A stretch of 46,936 bases of DNA from Nemertoderma westbladi (GCA_032718475.1 JAUCBJ010000804.1:1-46936), one strand, 5' to 3'; positions 34,494 to 46,936 are shown, counted from the first letter of the stretch. The notes: a model not told the origin generated them from the sequence alone. Made by a program: numbers and translations.

Positions 34494-37400
34494 ACTACTA
34501 CTAGGATCGGCATGCTGCATTGCAGCTGCATTTTTAAGAATGCTGTGCCGGCTTGTCAACAAAATTGCACCGCCACAACTCCCTATCACCCATGACATTT
34601 GCTAGATCATCTGCATCTTTAAGGCCAGTGTCCTTTAAGATGCGTCTCAAGAAAGTCATGGGCTGTCCACCATGCTTATTCACTCCATGAGGCTGCCAAA
34701 GTACAAGATTATGCACTGGCTGGTCCTCACGGCGAAAGCAATGTCCTGCAAAGCGGAGGCGATTTTGTTCTAGTGTCAAGCTTGGGGGAACCAATGAGAC
34801 ACCTCCAATGTTATATAGTGTCTGGTTGGAGATGTGTGCATTGTACTTGACACAATGAACCCGGCGTAGCATTCTTGTGAATGTGCCATCCAGAGATTTG
34901 GTGTCCTCAGCAGTTAGAGCCCAGCATGGACTCCCGTAGAGGAGTACTGGAACTACTGCTGCTCTAAATAATCGGACCTTAAGTTTCCGATTAATTCTCG
35001 GTGACTTCCAAATCCTGGAAAGCCTATTCAAGGCTGCCCATGCCTTTCCCTTACGTATTCGAAGGTCCTCACCTGACTTCTGGATCCATGATCCCAGGTA
35101 ACAGAAGTCGTCCACATGCTCAAGCATACCATCCTTTGAGCTTATGCTCATCCGATCAGAGACTTGCTGAGGACTTTCAAAGTTAACTGTCAGAATTTTG
35201 GTCTTTCTGGAGTTAATAAAAAGACCAACACTAGAAGCAGCATGTTCTAATGAGCTGAGGAGCCGTTGGGCTCCCTCTAATGATTCTGAGAGTACTCCTA
35301 AGTCATCAGCAAAGTCTAGATCAGTTAGGTACTTGGCAGGATTTCCTCGACTTCTGGAGCCAGTAGGTGGAGTTATCATCACCCCATTATCATTATAATG
35401 ATCTAAGGACATGCGTAGAACATAGTCAACCACAATAATGAACAAGAATGGTGCAAGTGTGTCTCCTTGGAGGACGCCCCATAACACTTCAAATGGTTCT
35501 GTGTCACCGTCAACAGTAGACACAAATGTTGTCGAACCATCGTATACTGATCTGATTGCTGCAATAATTTCATCAGGAATCCCATATAATGAAAGTATGC
35601 TGAACATACGTGAGCGAGAGACTGAATCAAAGGCCTTGAAGAAGTCAACAAAGATAACAGCCTGTCTTTCTTTTTTGATAACTCATCAATTATCCTTCTA
35701 AGTGCCAAAATGGGCTCCATGGTCCCACGACCTTTACGGAACCCATTCTGATTTCCACGGAGCAGTCTCTCAATGGGATCCCTGATGCGATTTAACAGAA
35801 TCCTATTGTATAGCTTTGCAGCAATCGAGATCAATGAGATTCCCCGAAAAGAACCATAGAGTGTTAGGTTGCCCTTCTTGGGAACTGGCACCAACTTATT
35901 TGTTTTCATTTCTTGTGGGACTCTTGTAGTTCGGTACATGTCTACTATGATGGGATAGATGAGCTTTAAACACTCAGGTATTTTAAAGACCTCAGGGGGA
36001 ACACCATCTACTCCACTGGCACGATTGGTCTTAATGCTCTTTGCAGCAGCCTTCACTTCTGCAAAGGAGATATCGCCAATGGGAATATCTGGGAGTACAG
36101 ACTCAGACACTTTTACTTCTATAACGTTATCAGGCAATACCCTGTCATTATTGAGGAGCTTTTCAAAGTGGGCTTTCCAACCATTGAGGCGATCGGCTGG
36201 TGATTCAGCCTTAACCTTGGTGGTTGGTTGGCTTTTCCGCCCAGTAAGCAGATTGATCGATTTCCATGCCTGGGATGATTGCCTGCTGTCGTCAGCATCA
36301 TTGATGGCATCAACCTGTTGGTTTATTAGCTCCTGTAGATTAGCAGAGTACTGCCTGTTCAGGGACCTAGATGCAGCCTTAACTGCATTCTTGGCCGCTG
36401 TAGTCTGTTTGAGTCGGGACTCTTTCTGCGCCTTATGAAGGTCATTTCGGCACTTCTGAATTTTGTTGTCAGTCCAGGGGGCCCTTTTCCTGTTTCGAGG
36501 GTATACAGGAACTGTTTCTGCAGCTGCTAACTTAACTGCTTCTGTAAAGGCAGTATAGCCCTCACAGTGATCTGCCGCCTCAGAGGCAAGAGCCTCATAC
36601 CTGTTGCTCAGCTGTAGTGTGAAGCTGGATCTCACACTTGGCTGTTGCAACAGAGAGGACCAGTCATGTCGCGGCAAGGCAGATTTCGTTGTTCTGCTAG
36701 CACGCAGACTAAGTCTTACCTTGGCCACAATAAGGCGGTGATCACTGGAGAAGGGTCGAAGTGTAAATGCATTACAGTCTTGTATAGAGCTCCTGTATTT
36801 CCTATGAAACAGAATATGGTCTATCTGGGACTTGTGACCACTGGGTCCACTATGAGTCCATAGCTTTCCAGTTCGCTTCTTGAACTGGGTTCCAGCCGAA
36901 AACAATCCATTTCCAGAGATAAAATCCTGAAGATGGACAGAATTTCGGTTAACACTATTGCTATAGACCCAGGGCGATGTAGGTGATTGATGCAGACTTG
37001 CATTAAAGTCTCCCAGGAATGTTAAGAATGCATGCTGATCCACTCCATCAGTAGCTGCTTGTAGATTGTGGTAGAAATTTTCCACCTCCTCTACAGGGGC
37101 AACACTAGTTGGAGAGTAGCACACAATCAGAACCACCTTAGCAAACTTCTTAGCCAGTCTTCCAGAACATGAGAAGTGGCAACGGATGATGCGGTTAGAG
37201 ATATGGTCTATTTTGTCCAATGCTGCATGTGCAGTTGGATTCATCAATAGACCAATTCCACCATTGCCACTATCATTTGCTGACGCGAGGGCGAGTCGCC
37301 AACCGCCCCCCATGTCCTTAATCAGAACCTCATCAGTCTGTCCAGTCTGCATTCGGTGCTCTTGAACACCCACTGCGCTAAGAGAAAGCTTATCTGCCAA

Positions 37401-38247
37401 GGCAGTCAGCTCACCTTGTCGCATTGGGGACCCGAGTGTTAGGGTGTTTACTGAGGCTAGTCTTGTAACTTGCCTCAGATTCACCAATGGCTTTGTTGGT
37501 CGGGGTGGAACATGAGAGTAGCCTCCAACTCCAGAATCCCTCTCCCCATCACAATCTGGCTTTCCTGGCGACCCAGGGTTTGGGCCAGAAAGGTCATCAG
37601 GAAAGGGACTCAAAGAATTGTTGGTTGCTCTCTCTCCAGTAGGGGGTGAGACAGGCAGCCGGTCAGGAGTTAACTGACGCCTGTGAGGCCGATTGTGTCC
37701 GGAAATTCCACTGGCCTCTAGTGGCCGGACCTCCGCATTGCTAATGTAATCCATAGTGGGGGTTGAGGGGTGCTTTTTTGCCGAGTCAGCTCTCGGGGCA
37801 AATACCACACCCTGGTTTGCCATTCCACAGGGTGGGTGTCGCAATGGAGTCAGATATGAGGCCCATCACCCATATCTACTCTGGCGCACATGACCCACCA
37901 TTGGCTGTTGCAGCTCATCTGTTGGGTCATGCCCTGTACCCTTGCTGCCAGGTGCAGGTCGCAGTGAAGTGCTCTCAGAGTGGACATGAGAACACTCTAC
38001 TCCTGACCAGCCATTAGTAGATCACCATCTGCCTGGTCGGGCCATATACCCCTGCAGCCTAGTATATGGGTCCTTAATCCAGGACCAAGGGCGTCCTTAT
38101 CCCAGAACGAAGGGGGTCCTAGTTACAGGACCAGATTTGCCCTAGTAAGAGGGTCTTTGCAGCTACAGGTGGCACCTCCTTTATGCTGCATGGAGGTGGC
38201 AAGTTTTCTTGATCAATGACCTAGAATACCTGACCTGACCTAAGTCC
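34494..38247 (-). mobile_element. Near full-length RTE-clade LINE with (TAG)n tail and 77-bp target-site duplication
   Basis: Single APE-RT ORF, short 3' UTR; direct repeats 34417-34493 and 38248-38324. Confidence 0.92.
34534..37844 (-). pseudogene. RTE APE endonuclease + reverse transcriptase, one frameshift (~35661)
   Basis: GVQEHR, CYSPT, GDFNA, QIDHI, SDHR; FRGISL, QNGFRKGR, GVLQGDTLAPFLF, FADD, FCYLGS, FAGHCFR. Confidence 0.95.
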
Positions 38248-38465
38248 CTATACCACACTCCCTATACCCCGCCGACTTCTAACCTAATTGTACTAACTTC
38301 CTAACTAACTTTCTGACTACTACTTACTAACTCTTCTACTAACTATTACTTTCTACTTTCTACTTATTTATTATTTAATTATTTAATTATTCATTTTAAT
38401 TAAATAATTATTTGTTCGCCCTCATTCCCACCCCCCCCCCCCCCCCAGTCCAAAACATTGGACGA

Positions 38466-38897
38466 CTAAACTCTAAGGTGCCCCTTCTTCCAGTAGGCAC
38501 TGTCCCACTGCCCTCCTATACATCCTCTTACTCTTCGCCACACTTTCTTCGCCAATTCCAACTGACCAGGAATTGGTTCTCCCTCTTCCGCCACCCTAAA
38601 ATCGGGTCTCTCCGCCGCCTTCTTAACTTCCTCGTCTCTTGGCATCAAAATGCCACCTCCCACCTTGTTGTCTCCCAGCGGCAGAATGAAAAGAAAGTGA
38701 AAGAACAGACAAAACAGAAGGTACAATAGTAATCCTATCCCTTTCCATCCTGTCTTCTTACTCGACCTCCCCCTTGTCAGTATGCCACTCAACCGGACCT
38801 GCGTCTCTTCCGGACACTCCTCCGGACACTCCTCCGGACTATTGTCCTCCTGACACTCCATCGGACACTCCTCCGGGTTGTCCTCCGGACATCTCAC
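38466..38897 (-). CDS. Low-complexity acidic ORF (PEEC repeats) downstream of element-3 cargo gene; function unknown
   Basis: ORF track; 12-nt TCCGGACACTCC repeats. Confidence 0.25.
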   Translation of the reverse strand: MRCPEDNPEECPMECQEDNSPEECPEECPEETQVRLSGILTRGRSSKKTGWKGIGLLLYLLFCLFFHFLFILPLGDNKVGGGILMPRDEEVKKAAERPDFRVAEEGEPIPGQLELAKKVWRRVRGCIGGQWDSAYWKKGHLRV

Positions 38898-39123
38898 CGT
38901 CCGCTTTTCTCCATCTCCATACCGATACTTGCTGGGACCCTTGTTTCATCCCATTGCCTCTAAGTCTTCCACATCAAATCCATTCTCTTCCGCCCACTCT
39001 CTCGCTTCACATCCTTCCATAGTACTTTAGCCGGTGAAGATCTAGAGGAAGGGGGTAATGTGGATTGTACCGCTTTCTTGAGGATGGCGGCAGTGACTGG
39101 TCGTTTAAGAGTTTGTGAAGAAG

Positions 39124-40330
39124 TCATGACACCTCCTCTACCTCTAAATATACCTCTGTCTCTTCCGCAAGGCGTGCGGTATGACGGAGGTACGTAACGC
39201 GATCCAAAGTTTGTAATAACTCAGGATTGGTGGCGACGAACTCGTAACCAAGGTTGGAGTCTTTTCGAATAAATTCGATAAGGTTATAGGTTGTCACATC
39301 ACCGGGGTTCATACGGCAAAGGAACGTGCACACATATTGAACGTTGGTGAGCTCAGAGACTGTTAACAGTATTTGGTAGTCAGGAAGGTGGGATTGTTGC
39401 GCTTCAATCACAAAGGTGTAAGGGTTGATGGCAAAGACTCCGCAATATGAGTGGGAAGACTCATAATGGAGGCGTGTGATTTGGTGTAAATCCGCAGAAT
39501 GCTCCCACAATTTAATATACTTTAGGAGGGATGTTTCGCCGTCCCGTTGTGTCAAGTCAAAGGGGCAGGAGCTCGGGTAATGTCCCTGTAATAGACATTT
39601 ATCGCACTGTTCTGAGAATTGCGGACAGTTAAAGAACGTGTGATCATTAATCAATTTACAATACGGACAATGAGGGGCTAGGTTATTTACCTGTCCTTTC
39701 AGAGCGGGGTCACGGAATTGGCTGTCGATGCCGAAGAAGGGGAATTAGAACCTTTGAAAACATTCGAAACTTTGGAATTTCCCTTCAGGATTAACTTTGG
39801 CAAGCTGGGTGCCGCCGAGAAGTAAGGGGTGGGACCTCAGAGTCCTACTACAAGTATCGGCTAGCCATCCTGATCGGCAGAGTTCTCGTAAATTATGTAA
39901 ATGGTGGGAGAAGGATATGTTAGAATAAACAGCACCGGGGGTGGTCAGAGGACCATTGATGTAATAACGGGAATAATTATCACCATATAGATTTAAATAA
40001 CGGTTATACCGACCTTCCTTGAAATCCCAACCGAGTTCATGGAACGAAATGTGTCCAATGCCGGTACGTTTAGCTCTACGCATTTCGTTGCCTACACGTT
40101 CGTAAATGATGCGGAAGAAATCACGTTCCCGGGCCCACGGGAGGATCATTTGTGTGTCCGCAAAAGGGTAAGGGATGTCTAATAAGGAGTCAAAGTCCTT
40201 ATACAAGTCGGGATATATCGCTGAACCGAATTTACAAATCCTCTCATTGAACAATAGGTCGAGAACGGGTTGGGGCAACATTGAAGGCTCAATGCTGAGC
40301 GTAGGGTGACGCTTGGTTTCAATAACGTAT
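39124..40330 (-). pseudogene. Second 3'-5' exonuclease-like + zinc knuckle cargo gene (element 3); one in-frame TAA at 39745-39747; N-terminus cut by Penelope-like sequence
   Basis: MLPQPVLDLLFNERICKFGSAIYPDLYKDF...PFADT...TGIGHI...WDFK...HPLLLGG; CPYCKLINDHTFFNC, CDKCLLQGHYPSSC; aligns by eye with 17854-19316. Confidence 0.75.
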
Positions 40331-40334
40331 CGGT

Positions 40335-41257
40335 GGGACTTCTTGAACTATCCATGCCGAAGTAGCATTTAGCATATTTGCTCCACCCCGGAAGCTAGGG
40401 AACAGACGCAAAATAAGTTAACCATCACCTTACTTAGGAACGGTTATCCCACAAGGATAATTTATAACATTAAGAGACGTGTAAACAAACGTTTTGACCA
40501 ACCACAGCCAGCACTGCCTGAAGACAAGGTAGACATAAAAATGGGATTACCATATGAAACAGGTCTGACTGAGCCATTAGATAAATTGTGTTCCTTGTAC
40601 GGGGTAGGCACATACTACGTACCGGGACGTAAGTTACGTTCTTTTTTGTTAAGGGGCCACAAACCTTGTGGGGACCCAAGGGGTGTGGTGTATAAGATTC
40701 CCTGTGATTGTGGTAAAACGTATATCGGGGAGACACAATATTCTTTAGATATAAGATTAAAACAACATGACGGGGACATACGACACGGGAGGTTTAAAGC
40801 CTTGAACCTGGCAGCACATCATGTGGACACTGAACATGTCCCACGTTTCGATTTATGGGAGGTAGTTGGGAGCGAACACCAATTACATAGGCGAAAAAAT
40901 CTGGAAAGTCTTCACATTAGGGCGCTAGGGGATAGTGCCATTAACAAACGTACATCAGTAGAGGTAGACCACCTAAGTGTGGCGCCATTGTTAAAGGGAC
41001 ATGTTGTTAAAGGTATGTATACTGTATATGTCTGCTCCACATTATGTCTTTGGTTTTTTGGTTATTTAAATATTGTGTTATTATTGGTTTATTTCGTTTA
41101 ATTGTACTTTTTAGGGTGTCTGTAAGAATTAGAGTTGTGTAATATTCAGTCAGTGCATAGTGTATACCATTATTTCAATTATTAGTCAGCCCATACAGAT
41201 GTTGTATAATGTACGGTACAGTTAGAATCTCGCAGTTTGCAAGAATTACCAAGTAAT
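40335..41257 (+). mobile_element. Penelope-like element 3' part: RT C-terminus and GIY-YIG endonuclease
   Basis: LLRNGYP; LPY..GLTE; GVVYKIPCDCGKTYIGET...RLKQH...HRRKNLESLHI...IN. Confidence 0.9.
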
Positions 41258-41262
41258 TAAAA

Positions 41263-43149
41263 TGAAATCAACATAGGTCACATTCCTACTGTTGTAAGAG
41301 ACAGTAACAAATTATACCGCAATATCCTACTGTAAAGTTTGTGAATCAAGGCATAATCCAACCTTCTCACCAAAACAGTAAACTCCAAGTAAGCAAATCT
41401 ATTGCAGTATTGGTCTCTTATAACCGGTGAGGCAGAAAACAGTCTACGAACGGACAAACTTCGATAAAACAAAATCCCGCGCAGCGAATCCTAAAATCAG
41501 GCTGACTCACTGACGGACTAAGGGCGCTCGTATACTTTGCCGCGGTGTGATTTATATGGTGGGTGAGAGAGACGCTAGCTACAAATATAACTAGCGGGCA
41601 AAGCCGCGGTATGGACAAATTATTTTATATATTTCGAGGTACAAATAGTGTTTTTATTCAGGGTCAAATTTATTTAGTAATCCTTCGTATAATATCATTT
41701 ACTGGGTCCGGTGTACATTTTACAAATATTCTAATTTTGGTAGTTTGTAGGTCTAATACTTACAAATGATAAGGCTTCTCCCCCTTTTGTGTATTTCCAG
41801 GACTCAAATTCAGGCATAAGGTTAATACTACGCCCAGAATTCGGCAATTTAATTTCCAGGTCCCTAATACTAAGAAGAAATGTGTTAGTTTACTACAGTA
41901 GGCGTACAGTCACAAATAGCTAGCCTGGTTCCTATCTAGAATTTTGGTTGCCTAGATGGGCACGGCAACTTCCTAACAGGATGTCGGCGGGGACACGGTA
42001 GGTGTTAGTATCCCTAATAGCCTTAATTTATATGCGCCTAGCAGTAAACTGCCCTACCGCCTGAACGGTATAATTTTAATTCAGGGAAAAAACACAGTAA
42101 CCCTCTCCTGGCCTACAAGCTCCAACGCAAACGATGAACACCGTTGTACTACTGACAAGCCACCAGCGCACCTATACCTGGCAAATGAGTTAGGCGTACA
42201 GTTTGCTGCACCCTACCAATGTGCATGCCGTGTAATGGTGTGCCTGTGTCCTATCTGTGTACTGGTATCTCTCTGCCTATCCTCTCCTCCCGTAGGAATA
42301 CGAAGGGTTTCCGCGGGTTTTCCCGAGTCAAAATAATACGGTTCCTAAATTTAAATTTTTGGCGTACAGTGTGTCGCTACTTCTACCTTCGATCTCAGGT
42401 CTTATACTTAGGTAGCGAGGCATCGAACGCTGTCTAACCTTTCAGGCGATGGGCGAATAACTACGAATCAGTATTGTGGGTGGTCTCCTGTCTACATTCC
42501 TCCGATGGTCCCGTTCATTGCTGTGGCCCGATGTCTAGCCTGCCATCCTGTCCCTCAGTTGGGTTCACCGTGGTGAAACATGATAGAAAAAGGGCAGATA
42601 TAGCGATAATTCTGACTTTATTACAGATAACCAACAATTATATTAATATACACAATGTAATCTGAAATAACTAATGGATGTAAGTGAGAGAGAGATAAGA
42701 TAACTAATGAACGAAATCGCACCTTTTATAGCAAATTTGTGCTGCAATCAATCGAGATAAATCTAGATTGTTCTATGGGTTCTACTAGGTTTTTAAAGAT
42801 AATCATTGGTCCAGCGAACACGTATCTTGCACGACATTGGTTACTATCTAATAACTGCAATCTTATTGGTTAATGTGCCTTGAGCAAATGCAATTTAATT
42901 CGTAGCGGTTAATTTAAATGAGTTGAAACTCAGCACAAAAAATAATTCACACTTACTAGGATTCGAACTCGATACCTACTACACGAATTTCCAACGCTTA
43001 ACCGACTGAGCTACTGAACCACTTGAACAATGTTATACAAATAGATATGGTAAATGCAAATGAGGACTTAATGTAATCTTTATAGAAAGTTAATTCGAAC
43101 AAAATAAAATTTTGAAAATCCACGGCATTTATGAGAATATAATTCTATA
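41263..43149 (-). mobile_element. Solo LTR of the BEL/Pao family with 5-bp TSD TAAAA
   Basis: About 13 substitutions and 2 indels versus 8093-9996; TAAAA at 41258-41262 and 43150-43154. Confidence 0.95.
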
Positions 43150-43996
43150 TAAAACAATTTCATACATAATTACAACCTACCTATAGTGCTTATTATTGGT
43201 AATGATTTTAATATAAATCGAAATATATTTGCCTACATTGAGCTCCGAATATTAAAAACATTTCAATTATTAAATTTCGAACATATTTGTATTTATCCGA
43301 TACCATTAAATTTTATTATTAAAAGTTATTAAATTAAAAATAAATATATATATTAAAAGTTATATAAATCAGCCTGAATGGGTGTTGTCTCCATGTCGGA
43401 GTACCGCTATAATTATAATTTGCAGTTGAGGTGAGCGGCTAGTTGTAGTGGTTTTGGAGTTAGATGTCCTAATGATTGACAATCAAGAGAGTGTGAATAT
43501 TCCTCCTCAGGTTTACCACAGAGACTACAAATACATACTGTGACCAGCCTCCAACATTTATTGGTGCATCAGATCTTATGATGAAAGCGTTAGATAGGAA
43601 CTGCGCCGCAAAGCGGCGTCTCTTTCCTTGCAATTGACTAATGACATATTGGCATCCTTTGGGTTGTCAACAGCACGGAGGATCCTAGTTGTTGACTCAT
43701 ATTTGGATAGGCCCAACCAGAGTTTCCAGTAAAACCCCGTACTTTAATAACGTGCTCTAGAGATTGAAGCAACTCTGCATACTTGTTACCAAATAATGCT
43801 GCCCCCGTGAGATACTGCTGGAAATATAACCACCGACCAAAGTTTTGTAGCAGTGTCCATTGAGGTGAGCAATAGATTTACTTTGCTAGACAGATGTAGG
43901 CAAGCAGTGATACCGCGCTTGTGGGGCGAGCCACGAAGTTGGCGGAGCCTTAGCGAATTGACACTGTTAGGGGGTGGGTCAATTTATGCAAATAGT

Positions 43997-44018
43997 TGTC
44001 GTCGTCGTCGTCGTCGTT

Positions 44019-44066
<48 letters not shown>

Positions 44067-44080
44067 GTCGTCGTCGTCGT
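43997..44080. repeat. (GTC)n microsatellite
   Basis: ~28 triplets with a few GTT interruptions. Confidence 0.97.
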
Positions 44081-45330
44081 TACGATTTTGACATGCTAAT
44101 AACTTTGTCGGATTTAAAGCTGCCAAGTTGAAAATTTGTAGGTATCAATATGAGCAAAAGTTGAGATTTTTGAGAGACTTTCAGACACCATCAGTGCAAT
44201 GGTCTCCCGCTAGAGGGCCACATGTCTAAACATTAAATGCCCTCCCATTTCTTTGCTTTTAATCCGTTTAAGCTGAAACTTGGCAGATATGTATTAGACC
44301 ATTAGCTGTGACTTTCAAAGGAGGCGAATCCATCTGCAGTTCTCCAGTCTGCCGCTAGAGGGCCAAAGGTCTGAAAGTGAAATCGTTGTCGTCGTTACGA
44401 TTTTGACATGCTAATAACTTTGTCGGATTTAAAGCTGCCAAGTTGAAAATTTGTAGGTATCAATATGAGCAAAAGTTGAGATTTTTGAGAGACTTTCAGA
44501 CACCATCAGTGCAATGGTCTCCCGCTAGAGGGCCACATGTCTAAACATTAAATGCCCTCCCATTTCTTTGCTTTTAATCCGTTTAAGCTGAAACTTGGCA
44601 GATATGTATTAGACCATTAGCTTTGACTTTCAAAGGAGGCGAATCCATCTGCAGTTCTCCAGTCTGCCGCTAGAGGGCCAAAGGTCTGAAAGTGAAATCG
44701 TTGTCGTCGTTACGATTTTGACATGCTAATAACTTTGTCGGATTTAAAGCTGCCAAGTTGAAAATTTGTAGGTATCAATATGAGCTAAAGTTGAGATTTT
44801 TGAGAGACTTTTCAACACCATCAGTGCAATGGTCTCCCGCTAGAGGGCCACATGTCTAAACATTAAATGCCCTCCCATTTCTTTGCTTTTAATCCGTTTA
44901 AGCTGAAACTTGGCAGATATGTATTAGACCATTAGCTTTGACTTTCAAAGGAGGCGAATCCATCTGCAGTTCTCCAGTCTGCCGCTAGAGGGCCAAATGT
45001 CTGAAAGTGAAATCGTTGTCGTCGTTATGATATTGACATGCTTATAACTTTGTCGAATTTAAAGCTGCCAAGTTTAAAATTTGTTTTGTTGAAAATCAGT
45101 TCAACAGTCACCCGCTATAGGACTACTTTATGCCTGAAAGTGAATAGATTCTCCCGTCTCATTGATTTTAATCAGTTTAAGCTGAATCTTGCCATATATT
45201 CTGGACCACATGCTGCGTCTTTGTGGGGGGGGGGGGGGGGGAGATTTAATCGGTCTGCCGCTATACGACGAAATTTCTAAAAGTGAGATCCGTCTCTCAT
45301 TTCGTTATCCGTTATTCAAGATGAAACTTG
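44072..45330. repeat. 315-bp tandem repeat: three near-identical units plus a diverged fourth
   Basis: TA(C/T)GAT.TTGACATGC at 44081, 44396, 44711, 45026. Confidence 0.95.
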
Positions 45331-45599
45331 GCCGGACTTGAAACTTGGTACGTATGTACTATTCATCCATAGGCTGTGTCTTTGTGGGGCTGGAGACCCT
45401 AATCCATCTCCAGTTCTCACTATACCGCTAGAGTAAGAAATGTCTGAATAGAAATGAAAGAGGTAAAAAGTGATTAGGCGAAATCTGCTTAAAATTTGCT
45501 AATACAGTAATACTTTCGAATTAGTACTTAAATTAAATTTAAGTCACGTGCTGCGCGAAGGCCCCACTTCGTGTAGAGGTAATTGTAGTGACACGACGC

Positions 45600-46936
45600 T
45601 GAGTTTTATGTCGAAAGTGTTACTCCAAGATAGTTAAAATTGCTGACAAACTCGATTTGTTGTTTGTCATAAAACAGCTTATCTGAAAACGCGAGTGTTC
45701 CACCTCTGAGAAATTTTATCGTTTTCGTCTTGGTAAGATTAACTGTTAAACCGTTTTTATCACTAATGTTATCAGTTTATCCAGAGCTTGCTGGATTTCA
45801 TGGATTGAATCCCCAAAAATAGCAAGATCATCTGCGTACATTAGGAGGCCGATTCCAATTAGGGCAACTGGGAGGTCAGCGACAAAGAGGCTGAAGAGCA
45901 AGGGAGATAGTTTATCGCCTTGGAGTACTTCAACCATTTGTTCTATTGGATCGGAAAGGTAAGCACCAACGCAAATACAGATGAAGTTGGTAGCAATAAG
46001 GGCCCATATTATATTCATAAATTTTCGACTGACCCCTAAATAGGAGAGCTTGGTACAGAGTTTCAATCTATCCACTGTGTCGAATGCTTTAGTTAATTCA
46101 ACGAACACGCAATATAACTTTTCACCAGGAGTTGACAACGCCAGCGAAATTGCAGCACGAAGCCACCGGATTGCATCTAGTGTTGATCTCATTTGTCTAA
46201 AACCATATTGTATATCAGTCAACTCTCAGTCAACCTCGACAAATTTAAACGGTTACTCAAAACTCACCTCTATAATCGTGCATTCAACTAAAAACTGTTT
46301 TATTCGAACTCATGTATCGTATAACATTATTTTATTTAATTATTTTACAGTACAGTACTCCTGGCCCAAAAATAACTACGGGTCTTTTAAACGACATGTA
46401 TTTTACTTTTTACTTAAGGAGAGTGCTCAGCGCTTAGAATAATTACTTGTTTTTTAAATAAGCGCTTTATAAATATTGAATTATTATTATTATTATTATA
46501 TTGTATATCAGGGAGAATGTTAGTGAGTTCTGACCAAGTATATAGACGCCTTGATAATATTGATGTGAAACCCTTCAAGATGAATGAAACCAGTGCGATG
46601 CCGCGGTAAGAATCTGGGGAGCTCTTTGGGCCTTTGTAGAGCGGGATGATGAGAGATGTCAGCCATACAGTTGGACATGTAGCCAGTGAGAAACATACCG
46701 AAAGGAGAGCTATTAAAAAAGTGTACAAATGGCCATAACCAGCCTTTAGATCTTCAGCCGTCACACCGTCTGGGCTGGCTGCTTTTCCGGACTTCAACCC
46801 ACAGACAGCCTCTGTTATTTCCTCATTTTCAATTGGTCGATCAAGGAAAGGAACTTGGATATTCACACTAGCTGGAGGTTGTGGTACCGAGTCTCGGCTG
46901 AATAACTTTGAGAAGTGTGCTTCCCAGTTCTCAGCT
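45600..46936 (-). pseudogene. Decayed LINE RT (RTEX/RTE-group-like), split by an insertion; runs off right edge
   Basis: LKSGKAASPDG, YRGIAL, QYGFR..RSTLD, KAFDTVDR, LQGDKLSPLLF, YADD. Confidence 0.85.
46219..46497 (+). mobile_element. 5'-truncated L2-type LINE 3' end with (ATT)n tail and 14-bp TSD
   Basis: LDKFKRLLKTHLYNRAFN*; AGCGCTT...AAGCGCTTTATAAAT; TSD ATATTGTATATCAG at 46205-46218 and 46498-46511. Confidence 0.85.

Larger units (their letters stand above)
43908..45590. mobile_element. Helentron-associated/DINE-1-like non-autonomous element
   Basis: Subterminal inverted motif CACGAAGT (43932)/ACTTCGTG (45566), (GTC)n microsatellite, central tandem array. Confidence 0.5.

Noticed and set aside
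43198-43225. Possible Penelope hammerhead (GTAATGA-TTT..AAAT-CGAAA)
   Set aside because: Core lacks CTGA; AT-rich chance match cannot be excluded
43853-44131. Protamine-like poly-Arg ORF
   Set aside because: Product of the (GTC)n microsatellite

Overview
Eukaryotic (probably invertebrate animal) repeat-dense DNA made almost entirely of nested, mostly decayed retroelements; no host gene recognised. Left half: a CsRN1-type Ty3/Gypsy element (minus strand; 5' LTR 17560-17851, tRNA-Trp PBS, CHCC gag, -1 frameshift signal, pol running off the left edge) is split at its protease active-site motif by a 14.3-kb BEL/Pao element. That BEL/Pao copy is circularly permuted around a single internal LTR (RT-RH-IN-extra ORF-PPT-LTR-leader-gag-PR), i.e. 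it looks like a re-integrated one-LTR circle. A ~99%-identical solo LTR with a 5-bp TSD lies at 41263-43149. The BEL family has no tRNA PBS but a 10-11-nt self-complementary PBS, a Pol III-type tRNA-like unit in U3, a TA rather than TG terminus, an orphan cargo ORF, and a 17-bp quasi-palindrome repeated 12 times independent of reading frame. Two further related LTR elements (17852-22016 +, ~31500-40330 -) carry a 3' cargo ORF with a WRN/EXD2/MUT-7-like 3'-5' exonuclease domain fused to CCHC zinc knuckles. The rest comprises a near full-length RTE LINE with a 77-bp TSD, decayed CR1/L2-group and RTEX-like LINEs, a Penelope-like GIY-YIG fragment, non-autonomous DNA-transposon/Helentron-like repeats and minisatellites. 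All family calls are from motifs read by eye; no searches were run.
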